DNA from: Paraspadella gotoi
Taxonomy: Eukaryota; Animalia; Chaetognatha
DNA: 64,000 nt
Direction of reading: 5' to 3'
NCBI GenBank assembly: GCA_051294375.1
Contig: CM119267.1
Span: 19,285,246-19,349,245 of the forward strand
Shown here: piece by piece, positions 10,334-19,815 of the stretch
Numbering within the stretch: position 1 is the first letter of the stretch
Layout: every line of letters begins with the position of its first letter
Notes under the pieces: generated by a model
What the model was told of the DNA's origin: nothing
What the model saw: the letters and a program-made list of their open reading frames with translations, nothing else
Databases searched by the model: none
Translations under genes and position numbers: made by a program

Positions 10334-13300
10334 GAAAGAAGAAGAGAGAAGAAAAACGTAGCCGGGGCGAGAGTTTCGACCCCTTGCGCATGAAGAGCCC
10401 CAAAGTTAAACCAAAAACGTTGAAAATAGTAAAGTCTTGGTGGGTCTGGGCGGGCCCCGTTTGACGGTCCTTTTTTTTTCTACCTTCCTAGGGTTCCGGG
10501 GCGATCGTCGCCCCGGGATCAAAATCCTGGGCGCGCCCTATCGGACGTCGAAGAGTCGGGGGTTTGACCGAGGCGTCGGCGGTCTCAGGGGAACGGCCCA
10601 CGATAGCGCAACTCTGGTTGAGGTTCCCCGCGGAAAACCATAGCTGTATTTTGTGCTGCGGAGAAATTAGGCGCGGAATGCGTGGCGGCTGTCTGCGCGG
10701 TAGCGGCGGCAGAGGTAATTCATCGGAAACTCGCTGCAAGCCAAAAACCCCAGGGTTTTTGGGGTTTGTTTGTTGTTTTCGAGGTCGGGAGTTAAGAAAA
10801 TTCACATGGCTTGAAATTTTTTTTTCATATTTATTTTCTGTGAATTTAACCCAACGGTAGAAAACATAAAATTTACTTTTTGTGGCAAAAAAGATGATAC
10901 TATTCAGACTTTAAAAAAAAATATAATGTTAAATGAGGCTTAATCAATAATATAAAAACAATCTTCATGAATACACTTAGGCGCATGGAATTTCTCAAAC
11001 CCCCGCCCCCTGTCCGTCTCTCTCCTCCCCTCATAAATTCGTACGTTCCAACATTTTGACGGATACAGTTTTGGAAAGGGAACAAAAGGTTTGGTTAACG
11101 GGACCTGTTTCGACTGTGATATTGTTAGCTGAAGGTCGAGGCCCTTCTGTCCTCTTTATTGGTAAAATATCAATGAGGGAATAAAAAAGAGAGAAAACAT
11201 ACAATGAAAAAGGTTGGAATCGGAAAAAGAATTCATCAAATATGAGTGCGTGTCTTTCTTCTTTGTTAATTTTTAAAAAAGCAAAAAGATTTTACGAAGC
11301 GAGGAGGCTATTTATATATTTTATTTTGCGTCTTGACTAGGCAATAAACTAGACTTTTTTTTACGTATTTAATTACTAGAAAATCAAAAAGCCAATAAAC
11401 ATTTTTTTCTTTTTAGGTTGAACGTTTACACTTAAAGTCACTTCCATGGCTGAAACGAAAAGCGATTACTGAATCTAATGATGAATTCTTTGTCGGAAAA
11501 AAAGTCACTACTGAAAACCACGAGTAAGGCGCAGGGCCGGTTTAAAATCAACCCAAAAAAAAAGTCACATAAACAATCGGCCAAAGAAAAGAGCAACAAC
11601 AAAAAATCCGTTGACAAGAAAGCAGAAAAAAAAAATCAAAAGAAAAGCACTGCGTTGCATCGCATGCCACGTCGATGAAGCGAAAGTTCTAACGTCAAAA
11701 CCCCAATTTTTTGTTTTGGTCACACGTTGCCATGACTACCTATATGTTTGCAACATCATCTCGTACTACTCTAAAACTTATTATATAAAAAATATTCAAA
11801 TTTATAATTTTAAAATGTTTTGAATTTTTAGTTTTTTCAGTAGGTTTAGCCAGATCATCAAAACATTTTTATTTTTTGATATCATTTTTAAAGCCATGAA
11901 AGTGACTATAAAATATTATTTTGACCATATTTTTTTATGACGAAAACTTTTATTTTCAATTCTATTCTCTATGGTTGAAATTTTTCTCCCACCAAAGGTG
12001 CAGTAAGATTTAACAGCCTAGGATCTATCGAGTAATGATTATTTCTAACAAAATGCTAAATTGCTTACATAAGGATGTGCTTGTGCCGAATTTCGTATAG
12101 TAAATTTCGTATAAAAGGCAACTGTGCCATGCTCATAAGGCAATAGAGGCAATAGAGGCCTTCTGTGGCCATGCTGGTAAAGTGCGCGCTCCCGATATCG
12201 TTGGGTGCCAATTTAAACGATTATAATCTAAAAAGTTTAACTCTCAGATTTATAGGAGTAATACCAAAATTTATAACAATTTCTTTTTTTTATTTCGAGC
12301 GCTTGGCCCTGTTCAGCCAATAATCGCTAGGTAAGGCAATATCTCGTATACTTGGATAATTAAATTTTTTTAAAATATTATATAATAACCAAAAAAATTT
12401 AAAAAAACGGCATCATTTTTTGTAATCGTTTTGCTACGTATTGATAAAAAGTTATCTCTTTAAAATGACCTTACCCCCTCCCCCGATCCTTTTTTTTAAA
12501 TTTTCGTTACAATAAAAAATATTTTGCATTATATATTATCTCTTTTTGTTTTTCCTTCTCACTTCAATATTTTTTTAACTCTCTCAAATCTCAATGTTGC
12601 AACTTTTTATTAAATTAAATTTTTTAATAGTTCTGAAACGTTTTCTCAATTCTAAATAGAATTCTTAAATATATCTTCACCCTCTTAACATCGTCCTAAA
12701 AACATAATCAGATCAAGCTTTTTTAAAAAATATCAGCGCTCATAGTTAAACATAGTAATCCGCATATGAAAGCGCAATTGTCGCGCGGCGCCTCGTTGAT
12801 CGAGGATAAACAAACAAAGCTCTCAGACAGTCCGCGGTTTGCCAAGGCGACTGACTTCTTCTGTGGCGAGATGTCCGTGCCTTGTTTGGGCATGAAGGCT
12901 CACCAACGAGAACCAGAAGCTGTTTGAAGAATTGTAAAGTTCGTTGGTGACGCCTGGGGCCGTCGATCGTCTCCTCCACCCGCCAATTCGTAGGGAGAGA
13001 ATCGACTCACCAGAGAACAGCACCACCGACACCTGAAGGTCACGGATTTTCGTTTTCCTTGTTTAATTATTTGCTCCTTGTTCCGTTGTCTGTTTACGAT
13101 CTATTCGCGGAATTTCTTTTTTTTTGCCAAAAAACTAAAAAATATAATCCCAGTGGTGTCTTTGATTTTAAATCCACCTGACCAATTTTCGTAATACCGC
13201 GGGGATTGGAACGCGTGACCTTTAAGTTTAAGCTTTTGAAAGGGAAAATACAACTATCATTTCTATTTTTTGGGTTTCGTCCAGTGAAAAAAATTTTAAG

Positions 13301-14302
13301 AGTTTTTCTTTTCTTTCTTTTTCACGATGTTTTTTTTTTTTGTTTTTTTTTTCTTTTTTTTTTTAATAAAAAAGCAATTTTAAGTCCTTTTTAAGCCCCG
13401 ACCCCAGCTGGCACACGCGAAGCATTTTTGTCTTGGAAAAAACGTTGGTTAGCCTCAAATACATCCGATCGACAATAACTTGAAATATAATATTGTTTTT
13501 TTGTCCTTGAACCCACAAATTTCGCCCCCCCCTCTCTATCCGTCGAAAACTCTCTCTCACCTCTCTCCTCTCATCTTCTCTCGATCTCTCTCTCATCTCC
13601 CTCTCTCCTCTCATCTCCTCTCTCCTCTCTCTCCTCTCATCTCTCTCTCGTCCAACAAGCGAAAGAAAAAAGTGTCTGCAAGAATACGATGCTTTTTTCC
13701 TCGTCTTCTCTATTCTCTCTCCTTTTTCGAGTTTTTTTTCGCGGGAAAGGGTTTTTCGCCCACCATCCCCAACAAAACTCACGAATAACAACCAAAAATT
13801 TTACAGAAAAAAAATAAGCCTCGAAAATTTAAAAAAAAAAAAAACAACCAAACTAATCAACCAAAACACCATAAAATTAACAAACCCTCGGCCCAATGAA
13901 TCGACTAACCAACAATCACCGATCCTCGCAACAACCAACAAACCAGTCACCTACCAAGGAGCCGACCGGAACCCAACAAACGAGTTTAGCAATTAATCAA
14001 TAAACAAACCCAACCATTTATAACCAATAGGGCGAACCCCCGACCAATCAAAGAAATCAAACATACCCATCAATTAGTAAGGCGAACCCAACCGCTCCAC
14101 CCGTCTAATGTAGGCCGAAAATATGAATGCACATCCAAATTCGTAGGATTAGCGGATCCATGAAGAGAAGACGCCCGGTTTTTGCTTCTCCGGTTTTTGA
14201 TTCATGATCGAGATTCCGAGGGACATGAAAGGGTTTTGAAAAATCCGATGACCGGCTCCCAGAGAGGTGATCGTCAGGGGTGCCACGGCGAGATCGGCTA
14301 TC
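750..14302 (-). CDS. AMPA-type ionotropic glutamate receptor (GRIA/GluA-like), partial gene span: S1 end-M1-M2-M3-S2; ATD and M4/C-tail exons not seen in window
   Basis: Colinear exons with GT-AG borders: 14101-14302, 12856-13032, 8648-8745, 7949-8061, 7443-7584, 6889-7009, then a cassette array. Diagnostic motifs after by-eye indel correction: [99 protein letters not shown]. Many 1-nt indels. Confidence 0.93.
1719..1820 (-). CDS. iGluR flip/flop-like cassette exon copy 4 ([28 protein letters not shown])
   Basis: ctgaagaagaaatggtgcaatgatagatctgagtgtggccaaaaa = [15 protein letters not shown]; |gtacta donor. About 10 nt shorter than siblings; acceptor uncertain. Confidence 0.72.
1946..2054 (-). 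CDS. iGluR flip/flop-like cassette exon copy 3 ([36 protein letters not shown])
   Basis: Reverse complement tcatgcatttcgttgagtgtgttgcgc...ctcaagaaaaagtgggtggcatgaccgcagcgagtgcggccaggacaaggccaag|gtacga. Acceptor is purine-rich and approximate. Confidence 0.8.
4297..4421 (-). CDS. iGluR flip/flop-like cassette exon copy 2 ([38 protein letters not shown])
   Basis: cttttatag|G ACG TGT phase-2 acceptor, |gtattt donor. Several insertion errors were corrected by eye. Confidence 0.8.
5265..5379 (-). CDS. iGluR flip/flop-like cassette exon copy 1 ([12 protein letters not shown](D)G..KKxWLRDR..C..GNPQ)
   Basis: aaaacccaag| ... |gtaaga, 115 nt. Visible in track ORF 5200..5448 as [14 protein letters not shown]...KKEWLRDRE. 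Confidence 0.75.
6889..7009 (-). CDS. iGluR exon preceding flip/flop ([39 protein letters not shown]), ending at the R/G-site-equivalent split codon AG|
   Basis: ttattacag| acceptor, CTC AG|gtacgt phase-2 donor. Same boundary as the vertebrate GRIA exon upstream of flip/flop. Confidence 0.92.
7443..7584 (-). CDS. iGluR exon: S2 ([39 protein letters not shown])
   Basis: ctaataag| acceptor, |gtcagt donor. Matches AMPA SKIAVF.KMW.YM...VFV.T..EGV.RVRKSKGKYAFLL after indel correction. Confidence 0.88.
7949..8061 (-). CDS. iGluR exon: S2 start ([32 protein letters not shown])
   Basis: tttactcag| acceptor, |gtgaga donor. Track ORF ends [13 protein letters not shown]. Confidence 0.92.
8200..8640. 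repeat. Degenerate minisatellite (core acgacaatgacaaattcacagacg) in iGluR intron
   Basis: Repeated atgacaaattcac / acgacg units. Confidence 0.75.
8648..8745 (-). CDS. iGluR exon: M3 gating helix ([31 protein letters not shown])
   Basis: Reverse complement reads gtctggtggttcttcaccctaattatcatctcgagctacacagccaacttggctgcc = [19 protein letters not shown]. caaaag| acceptor, |gtaatt donor. Confidence 0.95.
10235..10330. repeat. (GA)n microsatellite; representative of dozens of (GA)/(TC) tracts (e.g. 14308-14412, 24890-24985, 29701-29812, 31535-31626, 37224-37342, 62348-62450)
   Basis: Direct reading. Confidence 0.98.
12856..13032 (-). CDS. iGluR exon: M1 end and M2 pore loop with Q/R site ([34 protein letters not shown])
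   Basis: accttcag|GTG acceptor, |gtcagt donor. Track fragments SVVLF, EETIDGP and NSFWFSL occur in alternating frames. Confidence 0.9.
14101..14302 (-). CDS. iGluR exon: end of S1 and start of M1 ([51 protein letters not shown])
   Basis: Acceptor ctctcgacag| at 14303-14304. ORF-track fragments DFSKPF, FMDPL and IWMCI match AMPA receptors. Donor near 14100 is approximate. Confidence 0.88.
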
Positions 14303-14305
14303 CTG

Positions 14306-14405
<100 letters not shown>

Positions 14406-15115
14406 AGAGAGAAGGTTGGTTGGGGGACCGAAAAAAAAAAAGTTGAATCCGTTATTAACGGTTTGGAAAGAGTAATGGTGTCGTCGTACCGTCTTTCGTC
14501 TGTCCGTCGATTCAATCCTCCTTTTCTTACGATCGTTATCTATTTCTTCTTCTTCTCCTCTTATTTTCTTTTCGTTCTCCTCTCACTCTTTCCTTTAAAA
14601 CAAGGAAAAAAGAAAGGAAACCAATGATGATGTTTCCTCTCTCTTCGCTCGGGTATGGTGCTGTAATTGAAAAACGAGACCCGGGGTCCGACGGCTGCCC
14701 TCAGAAACCCAACCCGCCCCTCCCTCTTCTCCGTCGACCCCCCTCCCCCTGCTGCAAGCCGCCCCGCTTTGCCGCCGTCCGTCTCTTCGCTGCTGGTCTT
14801 ATATTAGACAAAAAAAGCGTATTTTTTCCTTTCCTCCTTCCATCCTTTATTTCGGTTAATCTTAATCTGAAACGGGACAGAGAATAGGCGGAGTCCGGCT
14901 GCGTGTTCGCAGCTTGGCTTGGCGTTGGCGTTGGCGTTGGCTGCGTCCGGCAACGTCCAGCAGTGGTCGGTAAGGCGTCGGCGAAAGATGGTCTTTTTTT
15001 TTTTTCAGCGACTTGAAATGACGTCATCGCCATCTTGTTTTCCTTTCTCTTTTCTCTCGTCTCTCTCTCTCTACTCGCTCTCTCTCTTTCATCTCTCTCT
15101 TCTTTTCCTCCCTCT

Positions 15116-15182
<67 letters not shown>

Positions 15183-15563
15183 ATCACTCCTCTCACTCGC
15201 TCTCGCATGCTGTTCCCTCTCCTCCTCACTCATCTCTCTTACTCCGCTGGCAACAACGCTACGTAATCTTTGGAGAAAAAAAACAAGCGATAACGGGGCN
15301 NNNNNNNNNNNNNNNNNNNNNNNNAAAAAAAAAGCGATACGGGCCCTCCACGTCGGTCTGGGTATGACCAGTAATTGACCACCCTTTAATCAACAATGAC
15401 CAGTTTGACCACGTCGTCCTCTGCTCCAAATACTGACCAAGTACTCTCCTCCCTCTCCCTCCACTCGTCTCCCATTTCTTTCGCCACAAAGTCGGCCTTA
15501 CCTCAACCTCACTTCCTGACCTCATCTTTCCCTGAAAAGCCTCTCAATTTGTTTGCTTAACCC

Positions 15564-15635
15564 CGTCGACGGGCATCGACCGGGGTCGACCGAAGTCGAC
15601 CGAAGTCGACCGGCGTCGACCGGCGTCGACCGGCG
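15564..15635. repeat. Tandem 10-bp units gtcgaccg(a/g)(a/c)
   Basis: gtcgaccgaa gtcgaccgaa gtcgaccggc gtcgaccggc gtcgaccggc. Confidence 0.85.
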
Positions 15636-16785
15636 ACGATCGGCGTCCGAAGTTAAACATGACAGGGGTGTCCAAGTTTCGTCGAAGTGTTCGCGTAATA
15701 TATTTTTGGTTGTTGTTCGTTGTCATATTATTGAACTTTTATGATATCATATCATGAAGTCATAGCGATTTTGTTTTTGCTTTAGTTGCAGTATTGTTTT
15801 CTGAACTCCCAAGTTTTAAACATTGCGCATTACGGGGCAAAATTAAGAATTGTGCAGTCGTATTAATGTCCACTAAAATAGTTTTCTTAATGTGTTAATA
15901 ACGTTGATAACATGATAAAAAAATATATAATTTAGGCTCCCCACATTTCTCTGAAAAAAAAAAAACTTTCGATTTCCCGATTCGACTATCGTATAAATTT
16001 TGCCCATTTACAAAATCCCCGCCATTTTATGTAACACTCGTAACGACCTCGTCGGCGAGCCGATAAAAAAAAATCAAGGGGTCGCCAGTGAACGAGAGCG
16101 AAGAAAATCAGGAAAAGATGGCGCGAGAAAAAAAGTCTCTCTGCGGCGGCGGTCGGCGGTCGGCGGTCGGCGGTCGGCCGCTAAAAACAAATCAATTTAT
16201 TCTCTCGTTGTCAAAGTCAGAAAGATTAACTGGCGATGAAGGTGGCAGCGACAAGAGGGCGGGGAGAGAGATTGGTGTCGCTGGGCTGACTCGCTGAGGG
16301 TAAGTGAGGCTGGGTGAGACTGGGTAAGGTGAAGAAATCGCGAGAAGGTGTGAATGATGGAGCAACGATGTGAACAGTATTGGAAAAGTATTAGACTTAC
16401 GATCGATCGAAATAAGTCGGGTATGTATTCGTTTGAATGCCACAGAATTACTTATATAATGCATCGAGAATTTGTTATTTTTCTATTAACGTTTCAGATC
16501 GTTCTACATGTCATTCAAAATTCTTTCTTCTTTTCATTTATGATATTTTCTATTTATATTTCGAGTGAACGTTATAAAGCATGAGAGTGCCATGGATGTT
16601 GGGAGGCGTCAACGCTGACTCCCTCTTTGGCGCCGTTGGCGTAGTTGGCGCGGCGTCGGGTGTGAAGCGTCACCAACTCACGTGAACGACAGGAAAGCGT
16701 AGTTTAAATTTCACACCGAATAGAGAGGATAGATTGATAGTTAGATATTAGATATATAAATTAATCAAATAAATAGTAGATTTAA

Positions 16786-16955
<170 letters not shown>

Positions 16956-17321
16956 ACAATTAGAGAGATGGATAGCTTGATATAGTAAAAGTAAATATAG
17001 CCAACAATTTAATACGCCTAAAGAAAGAAAGCGAAATAGCTGCTTCGCCATATTTTTCGGATAATTTCTCTCGTCCTTCTTTTGACTTTCCTCCCCATGA
17101 TTTTCTTCCTTTTTTTTTGGCTTCACCTTTTAAACTTCTTTATTGAGCTCTCTTCTCATTCTTTTTCCTTTGCCTCCTCTTTCTTTCTCGCCCTTTCCCC
17201 TCTCCCACTCCCTTTCCCTTTAAGCTTTTATTTAATATTTTCCTTCGTTGATCTGTCTCTCTCTCTCTCTGACCCTTCCACCTATTCCTCTCAACAATTC
17301 TCCCTCTCTCTCTCACTCTCA

Positions 17322-17370
<49 letters not shown>

Positions 17371-17635
17371 TCTCTCTTTCTCTCCCTGTTCTTTTCATTC
17401 TTATATTTTCCCCTTCATCTTCACCACTTCTCGATTTACATTCGTAATCTCCTTTTCTATTTCCTTTCTTTTCTTTTTTTTTTAGTTATCCTCATCCAAA
17501 TTACATTTCATCCCTGACCTTCCTTCACTTCATAACCATATTGGCCTTTCTTTCACCTATCTTTCCTTTTAAAACTCGCTCTGCCACTTTTCTAATCTAC
17601 AATTCTTCCGTCAACCGTTCCCCTTAAAACTCTAG

Positions 17636-18213
17636 NNNNNNNNNNNNNNNNNNNNNNNNNNNNNNNNNNNNNNNNNNNNNNNNNNNNNNNNNNNNNNNNN
17701 NNNNNNNNNNNNNNNNNNNNNNNNNNNNNNNNNNNNNNNNNNNNNNNNNNNNNNNNNNNNNNNNNNNNNNNNNNNNNNNNNNNNNNNNNNNNNNNNNNNN
17801 NNNNNNNNNNNNNNNNNNNNNNNNNNNNNNNNNNNNNNNNNNNNNNNNNNNNNNNNNNNNNNNNNNNNNNNNNNNNNNNNNNNNNNNNNNNNNNNNNNNN
17901 NNNNNNNNNNNNNNNNNNNNNNNNNNNNNNNNNNNNNNNNNNNNNNNNNNNNNNNNNNNNNNNNNNNNNNNNNNNNNNNNNNNNNNNNNNNNNNNNNNNN
18001 NNNNNNNNNNNNNNNNNNNNNNNNNNNNNNNNNNNNNNNNNNNNNNNNNNNNNNNNNNNNNNNNNNNNNNNNNNNNNNNNNNNNNNNNNNNNNNNNNNNN
18101 NNNNNNNNNNNNNNNNNNNNNNNNNNNNNNNNNNNNNNNNNNNNNNNNNNNNNNNNNNNNNNNNNNNNNNNNNNNNNNNNNNNNNNNNNNNNNNNNNNNN
18201 NNNNNNNNNNNNN
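17636..18213. other. Assembly gap (N run) between the iGluR-bearing and dlg1-bearing segments
   Basis: N run. Confidence 0.98.
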
Positions 18214-18348
18214 CGCGGTGAACTCCTCGTCATGGGCACACGTGCGCGAAGGCGCGTTGCCAGGCGCGTTGCCAGGCAGCGACGCGCGCTGGAGACGCGA
18301 GCCTCTCCAACGTCTTTCCCGTCGACGTCGTTCTCGTCGTCGTTTTCC

Positions 18349-18384
<36 letters not shown>

Positions 18385-18425
18385 TCGAAATTTTCGCTTC
18401 GCGTGAAGGATGACGTCAGCGTGAC

Positions 18426-18459
<34 letters not shown>

Positions 18460-18779
18460 ATCTAGGAAGCATCTTTCTCGCGAACATCGTCTGCCAACTT
18501 GGTTCTTTCCTTTTTTTTTCCCCTCTTTCTTTCTCTTTTTTTTTCTATCTCTCTTTACTCTGCCCATATTTTTTCGCCCCTTTTTCTATCTCACTCTATC
18601 TCGCTCTGTTTCTCTCTCTTGCGAGCGTGCCTCACTCCGTCTCTATCTTTCCGCTAAATATTTTTCATCGCGACAAAATCCTCCCTCCTCCAGTTTTCTT
18701 CGACCCATTAACGAGTAACTTTAATCTTTCTCTCTTCTCTGCTCTCTCTCTCTTCTAAAAATTTCTCTCTCTCTCTTCT

Positions 18780-18815
<36 letters not shown>

Positions 18816-18921
18816 GCCTTCTCTTTGTTCATGGGTTGGATTCCGAAGAAGGTTTCGCGCTCTTCCGTATGTTGAATGTTGATATTCTGGTCCAGTCTTC
18901 TCTGTCTACTCCTCTCTCCTC

Positions 18922-18991
<70 letters not shown>

Positions 18992-19469
18992 GCTCTCTCT
19001 CTCGACTTCTCACTTCGCGCGTGACTCCATCGACGTTCTAGTTTTCGCTTCTTCTTCTCAAGTGAGCGCTAACCAACCGCTATCGTCTTCAGTCTTCTGT
19101 CTCTCTCTCTCTCTCTCTCTCTTTCGCTCTCTCTCTCTCTCTCTTCTTATCTTTTTTGATTATGAATTTTGCAATAAATCTAATCAATATTCTTATTAAG
19201 TCTCACTTTTGACGTATTATGCTGTCGTCAAAATTTTATAATTTTTTATTTTTTTCGGTTTTTACCTCTATGCGTTTTGGTTTTAGAGTCATAATTTCAA
19301 GACCATATTTTTTCGAATATCTTTACAGAGAAACACAACAATGACTAAAAACTAAAACCCAAAAAATAAAAACAAAAAAACAAAAAAAACGTAACCTTTC
19401 GACGAGAATCAAAAAACAAAAAAAAGAAACTCTCTTGGGGCTCGACCCTTTCCCACGAAGACAACGGAG

Positions 19470-19815
19470 ATGCCTCAAAAGCACGGCGCCCACCGCGCCC
19501 TCGAGCTGTTGGAGGAGTTCCACGACCGGCTGGAGAAGCCGCAGGACCGCGCCCTCCGCACGGCCATCGAACGCGTCATCCGCATCTTCAAGAGCCGCCT
19601 CTTCCAGGCCCTGCTCGACATCCAGGAGTTCTACGAGCTCACCCTGCTCGACGAGACGAAAACCCTGCAGCAGAAGACGATAGAGACCCTGCAGATCGCC
19701 TCCAAGTGGGAGCGCAACCCGCCCATCACCAATCACCCGCCCATGACGGAGAATCTGACGACGCCGACGACGTTGGCAAAACTCCAACCACGGCTACTAT
19801 CATCCGGTGGAATAC
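19470..19815 (+). CDS. dlg1: dlg1 exon 1 (L27 domain)
   Basis: ATG at 19470, L27 consensus, donor gtgagt at 19816. Phase is off by 1 relative to the next exon. Confidence 0.9.
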
